Assembly: GCA_013239625.1 (NCBI GenBank)
Contig: MU054220.1
Location: forward strand, 3,907,374 to 3,971,373
Length of the DNA: 64,000 nucleotides
DNA from: Lama guanicoe
Lineage: Eukaryota
Reading direction: 5' to 3'
Shown here piece after piece: positions 12,576-26,048 of this stretch (the stretch's first letter is position 1; the number at the start of each line of letters is the position of its first letter). The position numbers and the translations under genes were made by a program. A model generated the notes under the pieces. The model saw nothing but the letters and a program-made list of their open reading frames with translations. It was not told the origin of the DNA and ran no database searches.

Positions 12576-15500
12576 ACTTATTGAGAGCTCTCCATAAAGC
12601 AGGTACTACCACTGTGCTCCTTCAAGGGCCAGCAGGCTGCACCTTGTGATGTTTCAATAAATGTTTGTTGACTGGACCTAATGGCGCCCCACCTCGCGGA
12701 GCTACACTACCCTGAGGGTTAAGTCTACAGCTAACTCTGATTCTGCTGAGTTTGCAGTCGGGGCTGAGTCTGTACTTGCAAAGCAGGTGGACAGAAGAGA
12801 TACATTGGATGGACTCTGCTTTCATGAGGACGTACAGTGAGCCAGGAGCCTGACATTCCCTCTCTCATTTTTCCTCCGAGCAGTCCTGTGAGGACTGGCA
12901 CTCCCCCTTGACAAATATTGCAGTCTCTGCCATGTCTGAAGACATGTTGAGTGAGAGGGTTGTGTATCTACCTTATCCCCTGGAGCTCCTGAAGTGAGGT
13001 GAGGGACCTGCTATCTGAGTCACTTTGGTCGCTCCCCCTTCTCTACCTCTCTCACCAGCTGAGTATTTTCATGGCCATTTGACAGACAAGACAACTGAGG
13101 CCCAGAGAGGCTAACTACTTTGTTGTAGGTTGTATAGCTCAGTAGTGGTCAAGCTGAGTCCCAGCCCCAGCTGTGTGGGTCCCACCATCACCCCTCGCTG
13201 TCTCTCTGACATTGATGCTGAGTGACAGTGCCCAGCACCACGCTGGGATAGCTTGGTCATCATGGGACAGGGTCTGGGCACCAGGGCACTGGCCGGGAGG
13301 GCAGTGCTGACTCCGCACAGAAGGGGGAGAAACAGGGGGCTTCTGGAAGAGAGAGGACAGCCAACTCCCAGGCCTAAAAGGCCCCCAAGAGAGACCCCGG
13401 CTTTACCGGGAGCCCTGCCCTGGGAATTCCCTATCCAGGACCCCACATAGGAATCATTGTCTCTCCTGGGCTTTGGCTCCCAAGCTACCTGATCAGAGTG
13501 ACCCGCTTTTGTGGCCACCTTCCCTGGGAGGGTAGGAGGGAGCCAGGAACCCCCAGCTTAACCAACTTCGTGTGCCAGATTGGAGAACACTGCCACCGTG
13601 CTCCTCTGCGGGGTGAACGGGGAAAGAGAAAGGAAGGAGACAGAGTGAAGGGCTGAGAAGAAGCCACAGAGAAAAAGAATTGAGAGAGCCCAGCTTTTAA
13701 GTTTCTTCCTGGGGGTCTAGAATCTCGATCTGAGTCGGGGTGCCACCCCATGTTCCTGCCTCTCCTATTTCCCAGCCTCCAGGCCATTTCCCGTCCCTGG
13801 GATCTTGCAGCCTCTGGCAGATGAAGAGAGAGGAAGCAAGGCTGGCTGGAAACCAGGCTGTTTTCCTTCCTCTGGAGCCTCCTCCCACTTTGCTCCAGGC
13901 CAGAGGAAAAAGGCAAAGTCAGCGGAATCCATCCCTCACCCCTACCCCTCCCCATGCCCCAGGGCTGCAAGCAGTTACCAAGTTGGAAAGTACTGGAAAA
14001 TTAGCACCAGGGATGCCATTCTCCGGGAGGCAGTAAAACCCAGCTCCCATGGGGAATCTCCAAAACTGCCCCCCAACCCCGCTGCGCTGGGGGTCAGGGC
14101 GGGGCAGAGGGAACTGACTGTTCAGCCGAACCCTTTGTATCTCCTGTGACTTTCACATTAATCCTGTGGGTGGGAGTCACTACCCACCTTTTACAGATGG
14201 AATCACTGAGGCTCTGTGAGATTGCAGCTGGGAGGTGCTGTGGTTGGGATCTGAGCTTGAACTTGTGTTCCTCTGTAAGCCTGCCCACCCAGTTGAGGGT
14301 GAGTGCAAGTTGTTTTCTGTCAGGCTGGTTCTGGGCCACCTAGAAAGAAAGCCCTTTGCCCAGGAGGCTTAAGTGAGTCTCCTGGACCACCTTTGAGATC
14401 TCATGTCGTATAAGGGCTCTCACCCAAAGTGACTCTGGTCTCCACAGGGGATTCTCCCAGTGATGGTTTTGTGTGGGCAACTCTTATGCCTTGAACAGAA
14501 CTAAATAGGGTCAGCCCCTCCCTCCCAGGCCTTGTCACAAGGGAGAGAACTCAGGGCCCCAGGTCACTGACCGGTGGCTGCAGAATGACCAACCAAGGGG
14601 ATGCCGGGTCCAGATGATACACCCTGGGAAGGGCAGGCAAGATGCAGAGTGCCGGGAAGTGGATGCTAGATTCCAGAGATCGGGCTGGTAAAGTCTGCCT
14701 TTGTAGCCGCGCAATGGATTCAGGCTGGCTTTGAGGCAGATGTGATTGGAGTTCGAGGCTGGGGAAGCTCTCTCTGGGAGCTCCCACAAGCTCCAGGCCC
14801 CATCGCAACCCTTTCAGGCCTGTCTGCCTGAGGAAATGGGGAGACAGGAGGCCTGATGGTTCCTGTATCCTTCACTGAGAAGGTATCCCTCATGCTAATC
14901 CAAGTTAGCTATAACTCCTGACGAATTTACACATCTGTGTGTTTGCTTTCAGCTGGGTCCGCAACCCAGTCTTCTGTGGAACTCCAGGAACAACTCTACC
15001 TGTCTGCTTGTGAGCCCCCTTGCTACATGCCCAGCTACAGGGAAATACAAAACCCTTCCCGCTTCTGTCTGTTTGGAGGCAGAAAGCGCCCCCCAGCCAC
15101 GGAATTCCATCAGGGACTGCTCCACAGCCAGACTCCAGGTAGGGAGGGGCCTGAGAGGGGGCGCCAGGGAGGGGGAGGGGAGCAGGGGAAGGCAGCCCCA
15201 GATCCACCCCAGCTGTTCAAACATCCAGGCCCCCTTCCCTCTTCCTCCCAGAGTCCCTGGTCAGCACTCAGGCCTGGCTCACGGCCACCCTGGGTCCCGG
15301 CAGTAAACACCTTGCAGAGATTTCCTCCCACAGGCAGGAGGCTTCTCTCTAAACCTCTGAGCCCAGAAGGCCACCAGCTCTGGGGGAGCCTCCAGGGCTG
15401 GGTGGTTGCCACAGGGAATTGGAACAGAGGACCCTGCTGAGCTCAGCGACAAGCACAGGAAAGAGCAGGGGAGGAGGTGAGAGACCTCGGGGGTTGGTTG

Positions 15501-16014
15501 CACCAGGTATCCCTGCCTTGTGTCCCTTCGCCTGTGTGACATCCATGTGACACCACAGGTCTCACCATCAGTGATTTACCCATTTCAGCACGTGCAACTC
15601 TTCTCCAGACACCCTTTGCTGCAGCCAACACCAACCCCTCTGTCTCTCTTTTCCCATGTTCCCACCTCTAGCCATTGTCCACATTGTCTGCTCCTTCTGT
15701 CTCTTCTCCAAGCATCTAAATTCTGTCTACTTTCAAGGCCCCCAGTAAAGTGCTTCCAGGTGGAAAGCATCCAGGTGGAGGTGGAGAGACTCCATCCTCT
15801 GGCCCCATGGTGCCTCGCCTCCTGTGGCACTGATCATTTTCTGACTTATGTGATAGATATCTGGGTGAGGTCATGTCTGCCTTCCTGCATCTCTTGAGGC
15901 CAAGAGTAAGCTGAGTCCTACCATGTGGTCCTCAAGGGGTGCCTAATCCTGTGCCTTGGGGAGGAGCAAAAGGAACTGATATTTACTAAGCTAGTAACTT
16001 TGTACTTGCTAGTA

Positions 16015-16066
16015 TTTTTTTTTTAATTGAAGTACAGTCAGTTACAACGTGTCAATTTCTGGTGTA
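16015..16066 (-). mobile_element. Extremely 5'-truncated L1 tail (about 50 nt)
   Basis: T-run then aattgaagtacagtcagttacaacgtgtcaatttctggtgta, the L1 3' terminus; gtactt occurs on both sides. Confidence 0.6.
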
Positions 16067-18472
16067 GTACTTCTTACTTATTTCCTGAAGCCCCACACAA
16101 TGAGTGGGGCAGTGAGGCAGGCACTATCGTCCACATTTTACAGATGCGGCACCTATTGTAAACACTGTTGTTTTTATCATTTACATTTTTCCAATAGTAC
16201 TGGGACATACAGACATGAAGGATTCTTTTCTGTGTTGATTTTGTATCTGGCAACCTTGCTAAGTTCTTTTGTTAAGTAGCCTGATACTATATCCATGAAT
16301 TCTTTTGGATTGTCCATGAAACAATCACATCATTTGCAAGTAGTTATTATTTTTTCTTTTTTCCAATATTTATATCTTTTATTCTTTAAAAAAAAAACTG
16401 TATCTTATTATCTGTCTTCCCGTGCTGTCTGGGACTTCCAACATGATACTGACTAAAAGTGGTGTTAGCTGGCGTCTTGCCTTTCTCCTGATTTTAAAGG
16501 AAATGTTTTCAATCACTTCTCATGCTTTATGATGTTTGCACTAGGGTTTCTGTAGATACTAATTAAACTAAAGTAATATTTCTTCTCCTCCTAGGTTTCG
16601 AAGAGTTTTTGTCATGAATAGAAGTTGGGATTTATTGCACTTTTTCAGCATCTGTTGAGATTATTACATAGCATCTCTCCTTTGACTTGTCTGATGTGGT
16701 AAATTACATTAATCTATTTTCTAACGTCAAACCAACTTTGTATTCCTAGGATAAGCTGAACATATCATTAAGTGTTGCCATTTTTATTCATTAGAAGATT
16801 CAGTTTGCTAACATTTGGTCCAGAGTTTTATCTCTATGTTCACAAGTGAAGTAGTTTCCTTTTCCATCATGTTATGTCTGGCTTGGGTATCAAGGTTTAA
16901 TCTATCTCATAAAAATGAGCTGGGGATTACCTTCTTTTTTCTGATCACTGGAATATTTTATGTGAGATTAGAATTATCTGAAACTTGACTATTTGGTAGA
17001 ATCTGCCTATAAAGCTGTCTGAACCTGATGTTTTCAATTGTGGGAAGTCTGAAACTTCTGATTCCGTTTCTTCTGTGGTTCTAGGACTATTCATATCGGG
17101 GGAGGGGGTCCCATGTGCACCATGTTAAAGAACACCATTTTACATTGTATTTCTTCTGATCCCAGTTATTTAAGTTTTAGCTTTCTAAGAATTCATTCAA
17201 GTCACATAATTTTAAAAATGTATTTGGAGAAAGTTCATAATACCTCTGATTGTTTTAGCAGCTTAATCAAGGTATAACCGACATAAATTAACTTTACGCA
17301 CACAAAGCATACAATTTGATGAGTTTTGACAGAGGTATACAGAGGTGAAACTATCACCACTTTCAAGATAGTGAACGCGTTTACTATCCCTCCCCAAATT
17401 TCCTCATGCCCCTTCCTTCCTGTCCCCTTCTCCACCTTCCCTCCAGGTGACTACTGATCTGCTTTACGTCACTACGCATTTGTTTTCATCTCCTAGAATT
17501 TTGTAAAACAGAATTATACAGTACTTACTTCTAGTTTGTGTGAATTTTTTCACTCAGTATAATTATTTTGAGGTTCCCCTAAATTGCTATGTATATCAGT
17601 AGTTCATTCCTTTATATTACTCAGGAATATTCCATTGTGTGGATATACCACGATTTGTTTATCCTTTCATCTTTAAACAGATATTTGGATTGTTTCTAAT
17701 TTTGGCTATTATAACTAAAACTGCCATGAACACTGGTGTCCACATCTTTGAATGAAACGTATGTTTTTACTTCTGGGTAAATAGAGCTGGAAGCGCTGGG
17801 TCGTATGGTTGATATATGTTTAACTTTTCAAGAGACTTGTCAAACTGTTTGCCAAAGTAGTTGTACCATTTTGCATTCCTACCCGCAGAATGTGAAAGTT
17901 CTAACATAGCCTCACTGACACTTAGTATGGTCAGACTTTTTCATTTTAGACATTCTACATAGGTGTATATTGGCATCTCATTGCGGTTTTATTTGCATTT
18001 CCCTATTTGGCTAATGACGTGGAGCATCTTTTCTGTGCTTGTTTCATATCTGTATCGTGTATCTTCCTTGGCAAAGTATATTTTCAAATTTTTTGCCCAT
18101 TTCTAGGTTATATTTGTTGACTTTTAAGAGTTCATTATGTATTCTGGATAGATGTCCTCTATCAGATAGGTGATTTGCCAACATTTTCTGTCTGTTTGTG
18201 ACTTGTATTTTCATTTTTTTTATCAATGTCATTTGAAGAGTAAAAGTTCTTATTTTTGATGAAGTCTAGTTTTTCCATTTTTTCTTTAATGGCCTAAGGT
18301 CACAAAGATCTTCTTTTATATCTTCTTTCAAAAGTTTATAATTTTAGATTTTACATTTAAGTCTATTATTTATTTTTGAGTTCATTTTTGTATATGGTGT
18401 GAGATATGGATCAAAGTTAATTTTTTTTAACATGACATCCAATAGTTCAGCACCATATGTTGACAAGACTAT

Positions 18473-19020
18473 TGTTATAACTTTTAAGTTAACATTTGTT
18501 AGGCTGTGGGATTGTGAGTCTCAGTGCAATAAAAGACAACAAGAGACATAGAAATTGAAGAGTTTATTACTGACAGGTCCAGAGAAAGCACATGGCATAT
18601 CTCAAGGGGACACAGGGGGAGGTCAAGGCAGAGTAAAGACACAGAGAGAGATGGGGCCTGGGGCACATGCCTTTTTAGGATCTGTGGGTAGAGTGCTTTG
18701 GGGTTCCCAAGCCAATCCCAATCCTGAAGCCAGATTGGTTAATTCAGACCAAAAGAGCAGGCTTTTGGTAAGCTCCATGGGGTCTCATCTAAGGGGAGCA
18801 GAAGGGGAAGGCCCTGGGATGTGAGGGAGGCTGTTGATCACAGGTTCTGTTGGGAAGTCATATCAGAACTTACACCTGCTCAGGACTCTGCAGGCTGCTG
18901 TCCAGGGTGTGTGTTAACATGAGGAGACTGGTATCAGTTTATGGCTCCTTCAGACCACTTGGCCAAACAAAACAGACTGTGGCTGCAATACCATGGAATA
19001 GCTTAGTTAAACTCTCAACA
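18473..19020 (-). mobile_element. Solo ERV LTR (548 bp) inserted in L1
   Basis: TG...CA termini (tgtt...aaca); flanks actat/actac; L1 sequence resumes across it; minus-strand AATAAA at 18563-18568. Confidence 0.8.
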
Positions 19021-19264
19021 ACTACCCTTTCTCCAATGAACTGCCTTTGTACTTTGTCCAAAATCAATTAACCATATTTACATGGGTCTAGTTACAGACT
19101 CACTGTTTGTTCCATTGATCTATTTGTCTATGATACTAGAGCAACACTGTTTTGATTACTGTAACTTTATTCTAAGCCTTGAAGTGAGGTAGTGTGAGTC
19201 ATCCAGCTTTGTTCTTTTTCAAAATTGTTTTAGCTGATTCAAGATCCTTCACATGTCCAGTGAA

Positions 19265-19800
19265 TTCTACTTTCTGTTTCTATAAATTTCCCTGTTCTGG
19301 ACATTTCACATAAATGGAATCACACAATATGTGGTGCTTTGTGGCTGGCTTCTTCCACTTAGCATCATCTTTTTAAGATTTAAACATGTTGGACACATCT
19401 TAGTATGTCATTCCTTTTTATTGCCAAATAATATCCCATTGTCAGATATACATTTTGTCTATCCACTCATCACCCAAAGGGCATTTGGATTGTTTCTACT
19501 TTTTGGCTATTACAAGTAAAGCTGCTATGATCATTCATGTATAAGTTTTTGTGTGGACATATGTTTTATTTTTCATATGTTTTGTGTGGACATCTGGTGG
19601 CTACTTAGGGCTGGGGATTTTGAGAGAAATGGGGAGTGACTCCTAATGATGGGCATGGGATATCTTTTCTGGGTAATGAAAATGTTCTAAAATTGATGGT
19701 TGCATAACCCTGTCAACATCCTAAAAGCCACTGAATTGTACACTTTAATTTGGTGAATTGTGTATATAAATTTTATCTCAATAAATCTACTATTTAAAAG
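19265..19800. mobile_element. 5'-inverted L1 3'-end insertion (antisense part about 19265-19570, sense part about 19594-19800)
   Basis: Both halves are L1MB-type 3'UTR; the sense half ends tctcaataaatctactatttaaaa. Confidence 0.7.
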
Positions 19801-22800
19801 AAGGAAGGAAGGAAGAAAGAAACATACATACAGGCACACAGAGGCTCAAAGATGAAAAAAATAACTATCTTAGAGCTGGAAATTAACTTTCAGTTGAGTC
19901 TGAAAATTTTGCCTTTTAATAAGCACGTTCAGTCTATTTGTATAGGCTGTGATTACTTATATATTGATTTTACTCCCACTGTCTTATTTTGTGATTTTTA
20001 TTTGTATTTTTTTATTGTTTCTTTTCTTTATGCCTCACTTTGAATTAAAAGGATTTGGTCCTCACATTAACACATTAATGGGAGAAAAACAAGCAGGAGG
20101 GACAAAAAGTAATGTTACCTACCAAAGCCCCTGGGTCCAGCCCTCAGGAAGGTCTCTTTTGAGGTGAGTTTGGTCCTCTCTGTGACACTCTGTCCACAGG
20201 GCCAGCGGCTCTGTGATCTGTTTATAAGCCCAGCAATAAGACAAGGTCCAGATTTCCATGCATATTGAATTCCCCTCCCCCCAAATAGTTCAGCAGTCTT
20301 CTCTGTCTATTCTTTTAGTTGTTACCCTTAATATTTTCACCTTCTTACCCAGCGTAACAAAGCTGAGTAAGTCCTACCATGTTATATTAATGACTCCCTC
20401 AAATTAGACATTATTTGCTTTGTATGATACAGTCACTGGGTTTTGAATGTAACCACATGTTTACCATCATCTTTGCTCACCATTTATTCTTGCATCTCAG
20501 ACCTTCCAACTCTGAGATGTTTTCTCTTCTGCCTAGAGCACATTTTAAAAACCTGCCTTACTGAGCGATAATTCATCTACCATATAATTCATCCATTTAA
20601 ATTGTGTAACCAATGATTTTTAATATATTCACAGAGTTGTGCAACCATTACCACGCACAACTTTTGGACATTTTCATTCTCCCATTAAGAAACCCCATAA
20701 CCAGTGTTTGAGGGTTTCAATTTCCCCATGTTCTCACCAGTGCGTGATATTTTCTTTCCTCCAGGTGTAAAGTGGTATCTCGTTGTAGTTTTGATTTGAA
20801 TTTTGATATGCACATCAAATTATGTTAAGCACATACTTTTCACGCACTTACCAGTCATTTGTACATATTCTTGGGAGAAATGTCTGTGTAAGTCCTTTGC
20901 CTATTTTTCAGTTGGGTTATTTGTCTGTTTAATATTGAGTTGTTGGATGCTGGATACATGCCGGATAGTTCTTCATCAGTTACATGATTTGCAGACGTAT
21001 TCTCCCATCCTGTGTCTGTCTTTCCACTTTCTTGATGGTGTCCTTTGAAGAACAAAAGTTTCAGATTTTGATGAAGTCTAATTTATCCATTTTTCCTTTG
21101 TTGCTTGTGCTTTTGGTGTTGTCTTTAAGATTTACGCCAATGTCACTAATATCTACACCTAGGTTTTCTTCTAAGAGTTTTGTAGTTTAGCCCTTATATT
21201 TAGGTTTATGATCCATTTTAAGTTAATTTTCATGTGTGATGTTAAGCAAGGGTTCAACTTCATTCTTTCATGTGTTCATACCCACTTGTCCTAGCACCAT
21301 GTATTGAAAAGACTATTCTTTCTCCATTGAATTTTCTTGGCACCCTTTTCTGTAAATGTACCAATTTATTTCTGGATTCTCAGTTCTGTTCCATTGATCT
21401 ATATGTCAATCCTTGTGCCAACACTATCTTAATTAATCCAGTTTTGTAATAAGTTTTAAAGTCAGCAAGTGTGAGTCGTCCAACTTTGTTCTTTTTCAAG
21501 TTTTAGCTATTCTTGGTCTCTTGAATTTCCATATGAATTTTAGGATCAGCTATTATTTTTTTTTAAACAGCCATCTAGGATTTTGAAAGAGGTTGCATTG
21601 AATTTGTCAATCAATTTGCAGTGTATTGCCATCTCAACAATACTGAATCTCCCAACCCATGAACAAGAAATGTCTTCCCATTTGCTTAGGTCTTCTTGAT
21701 TTATTTCCCCAGGGTCCAGCAGGTGAAAGCTGGCACTGATGCTGACTTACATCCTAGATTTCCTGAAATGAAATTCAGTTTTGGCCTCTGCCAGTTTTTG
21801 CTCTGTCATATTTTATCTGGCTTTTTTTAGTGGATGTGTTTGGAAGGGAATGTCAGAGTAGCTCACCCTCTGTAAGACTTGAAGAACCCAAGCATTTCAC
21901 ATGTATAAACTCACTTGATATTCTTAACAACCCTAGTATATAGCATATAGTATATGCTGCGGTGGCTAGGGCACTGTCCAGTGCCCATTTACAGAAACGA
22001 AAACTGAGGTGTAGGGGTCCCCTCAGCCATGGTGCTTCAGCTGCCTCCAAGTGCAAGGAAGGATGACACCATTGGCAGCATCCAGATGGAAAATTTCAAA
22101 TGGAAATTACTTGAGTCATAGGGACAGTCACCCATACTGGCTGCAGTCAGGAGACATTTTCTTTGGTAATGTCCACAGTAAACCCTCAATCCAAACTTCT
22201 CGATGACCCAGAGTGGATGAGGCTCGTGGGTGCTGATTCACGCCTACAAACCCCCTAAAGGATGACATATAAGCCACAGTGCCAGCTAGTCATGTCCATA
22301 ACCGCCACTGCCGTGTGTCATCTTCCTGCTAGGAAAGCCAAGGGTCCAGACGTTTGCATGAAGGGAGGAGAGCTAGAGAGATGCGTGGTTTGAGTGTGCT
22401 GTGCACCAGTACCCAAAGTATACTCTGACAGTCACCTCTTCTACAAGATTAGTGTCATGGATATCAGAGAAGTTTGATGAATACCAAGGTAGAATAAAAA
22501 AAGGTAAACCCATTTCTAATAGCAGAGCTCGTTCATTCATTCATTCACTCAAACATATTAACTGAATGCCTACTGTGCATTTGGCTCTGTGCTAGCCACT
22601 AGGGACACAGCAAAGAAGAGCCAAGCAGACAGAAATCCTTGCCCTCGTGGGGTTGCCAGTCTGATGAAGTACAGACGATAAAGCGACACGCCAGACTATC
22701 CATCGCACAGTGTCAGGTGGCGATACGTGCTATGAAGGAAAACGGAGCTGGGCGAGGAGGGCAGAGCATGGCATGGGGGAGGGGGGCTATCTAATTAGGG

Positions 22801-25800
22801 TGGCAAGGGGAGATGCCCGAGGAGGGGCCATGAGCGGAACCCTGAGCCAGCGGAGGGACTTTGTCTTCAGTTTATATTCGCCTCCATTGTGTGAAATTTT
22901 TACAGTAACTATGGATTATTTTTATAACAGTAACTCTATGTGTTCATCATTGAAAGCTAAGGTGGGGTTGGGTAGAGGGAGGTGGGGGTAAGCGGGAGGG
23001 TTTTTTTGCATTGTTTTCCAAATTTACTCAACCACATGCCCTCACTGCCATACTTTTATGGCGGTGGTGGTGGTGGCAGTGGCGGCATGTGTAGGTGTGT
23101 CTCTGAAGGGAACAGGACTAGCATCTTGCAGGACTCACATCCTGGGGGACACACCTGAGAGGCCCTGGCTGGGTGGCGCCTGCCGGGGCAGCCTGGGGGA
23201 TCTCCCCGCTGGAGAACTCCGGGGGCAGACAGAGGACGTGGGGAGAGCCTTCTCCCTGCTGGAGTGGCTGGGGAGGCTCTCCCCTCTCCCAGTGCCAAGC
23301 CAGCCGCCCTCTGCATTCATATTCTGGGTCCCAGACTCCAGGTGGCAGGGGATGGGGATAACAGTCTTAATGTGTTTCAAGATTGTTCCTGAATAAAACC
23401 TCCATCCGGCTATTTGCTCAGGAGACACAGCTCCCTTGACAGGAAGGAGAAAGAGCTAGTGCAGGGAGCTGGGATTGTACCCTTAGCCCCAGCTGAGGAG
23501 CAAGAGTTCCGGAACATGCTGGGAATTTCCACACGTGGCTGTGCTTCACACTGGGGACAGCTGCCCTGGTGCCAGGAGGTGGGTGTTGAGAGCGTGGGTG
23601 GGAGGTCCTTGTCCCCCAGTGACCATGTCAGCAAAGGACCAGACATTTAACTGTGACCTTGAGGAGTTAGGACTGAACATCACACAGGCAACCAAGATGG
23701 ACCGAAGTTCCCCTTCCCCTGGGCAAGGCCCTGAGGCACGTGATCTCGTTTAAGCCTCACATTCTCCTGGGAGGCAAGTCTGATTATTATGCTCATTTTA
23801 GAGATGAAGCTCAAGGAGATAGTCAGTTGTCCAGGGCCACCCAGCTGGTGAGTGGAGGAGCCTGAGTGTGTTTTGAATCTGTCTGGCTCTGCCTCCAGGA
23901 CCTTGATTGCTTCAGCAAGACAGGCCATCCTCCAGCTGCTTGGGGTAGGGGCGGACAGGGCAGCCTGAATACGCTGAACTGGAGGTCGAGGACCCAGAAG
24001 ACAGCTCCCTCCCCACCCAGGATGTGTCATAATCTCAGGGGCAGCCAAGGGTGAAGAGTAAGCGGGTGGGGGGGCCGGGTGGGACTAGGGAAGGTGATGT
24101 CATCGCCCTCTTAGTAATGCTTTGGCAGAGCCTGAAGCTCCCACTTTGGGAGGGAGCAGAGGGAGGAGGGGCAGTGCTGGAACCAGCAGCTAGAAGTCTG
24201 CCAAGTCGTGATCAGGAATGGGCACCCTGCCAGGAGCACCCAGGACCAGGCCTCCTGTGGCACGGGGTCTCCGGGAAAAGAGCAACATTCCTGAAGTCCT
24301 CGGAGGGGGACTCTAGAAGGCGGTGTCCATATCCGATTGAATATGGAGTGATTATCTGTCTGTCTGGCAAGGCTGGCAGCCAGCCATCCCCTGATTGATG
24401 CTCCACTATCTGATGGTCTGATCATTCATTCCCCTCACCGGTTGATGGACTATCTGATTTATATGAGTGACATTTGGAGATGGCCTCAGGGATGGGCTGA
24501 GTCTCTGTCCACTTCTATGAAGCCTTGGACTAGCCTCTCACAGGTGCCAGATGCCACCCTGTCTGAACAGCCAGCATCAGGCAGAAGGAAGGGAGGAAAT
24601 TAACATCTAAGTGTGGTCAGCTGCCAGTGGGACAGAATTGAATCTGGCAAGGGTTTGCCCACAAGGAGCTTGAATTCTAGGAAGGGAGACAAATTCATTA
24701 CCGTGAGGACAGACACCAGCGCCTGGGACAAGCTGGACTCACGGGGTGGAAGTGGAAAGCAACTGTATTTCTCTCTCCTGATGTCTCTTTACAATCCATT
24801 TGTGGGAGAAAGTCCTTTCCCTATTCCCAGATGAAAACTCAGGCAGTTCCACTAGTTTTCTGTCCTCTGTGAGGGGACGAGAATTTTTAGGTCACTTGAA
24901 GCTGCAAACAAGGAGTCAAGCTAACAATGAAAAGCACCTGGCCCTAGCTGAGATTCAGACCCTTGAACTTGGTGTACAGTTAACTAACCCTCCGGCCCTT
25001 GCTGTCCCCTTAGGTCATGAGCTGGAAAGGTCATTTCACCCCTGCCAGTGCCCTTCCTCCTCTGCCCTCTTCCTTAATCTTGTACTTGAGTTTCAGAGGC
25101 TGCCAGAGTCTAGAAAGGGAGGGGCAGAAGCCAAGGGACAAGGTTTTCCCTCACTGGTCCCGTTCTGAGCTGGCTTCTGATCACAGGACCCTGCAGAGGG
25201 TAAAACTGACACGGGGCAGAGGAGGGTGGTCCTTAGCCCCCACTCCCACCTCCCACGATGTGGGCCCTGTGCCTTCTCCACATGGCTGCTCCCCAACCCA
25301 CCTCAGGCTCTCCAAGGCCACACAGACTCTCTGTATTGTTTTCCGAACTTACTAGACCACACAATGCGGGTGGTGATGATGGTGGTGATGTTCTGTGTCT
25401 TGTAAAACATCTTGGCAGACCAAGCCCACGTGTGGACCACAGAAAAACACCTGTGTCCCGTACTCTGACAAATTGTGGGGTCCCGGCCCATCTCATATCA
25501 GACACCCCACCTTCCGCTCATCCCTAGCAGGTAGCAGCCCTTCCTGGCCATTTAAAATTTTCCCAGTGGGAGCCAACTACGTCCGGGCTACTATGTGCCC
25601 GACCCACTGGAGACACACGCCTTTTTCTGGTCCTCTGGGAAGGCTCTCACCAAGCTAGTCCCGACTCCCCCCCTTCACAGGGGCTGGAAATCTGAGCACC
25701 CCCAGATCTCCCTCCAAAATCTTTTTGACAAAATCTCTCTCCTCCTCTCTAGTCCCTGGCTGGTTTATACCTTCAACGTGGCAAGTCATAAACCTGTTTT

Positions 25801-25872
25801 CTGCCCAAGCTTCCACTGTGGCTCCCTTTCCAACCCTCTCCTGCTGGCCTTCTCTCTGAGCTTTGCTCTAAG

Positions 25873-26048
25873 CTAGATTTCTCAAACTGCCTGTGTATCC
25901 GAATCAACGGAGGTGCTGGTTAAAAGCACAGATTCCCAGAGCCCCTCACACTCAAGGAATGAGAATCTTCAGGGATGGGGCCTGGGAATTTAGATTGCTA
26001 AGAAGAGGCTCAAGTGACTGTCAAGTCAGGCAAGTGTGGGGCACTGCT
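25873..26048. mobile_element. MER5-type hAT MITE (similar relics at about 4860-4985, 34855-35010, 51030-51170, 52800-52985)
   Basis: tttctcaaact...gaatca...cagattccc...ggggcctgggaatt MER5 motifs. Confidence 0.55.

Larger units (their letters stand above)
16150..21710 (-). mobile_element. L1-rich block: several antisense L1M relics (about 16150-17230, 17250-19260, 20540-21710) with nested insertions
   Basis: T-rich plus strand with repeated L1 motifs (ttttgatgaagtcta, cagcaccat.tgttga.aagacta, tgtgagtc.tcca.ctttgttctttttcaa). Confidence 0.8.

Noticed and set aside
11751..12584. Pro/Ser/His/Leu-rich ORFs of about 150 aa
   Set aside because: They are translations of the (TCCA)n low-complexity tract.
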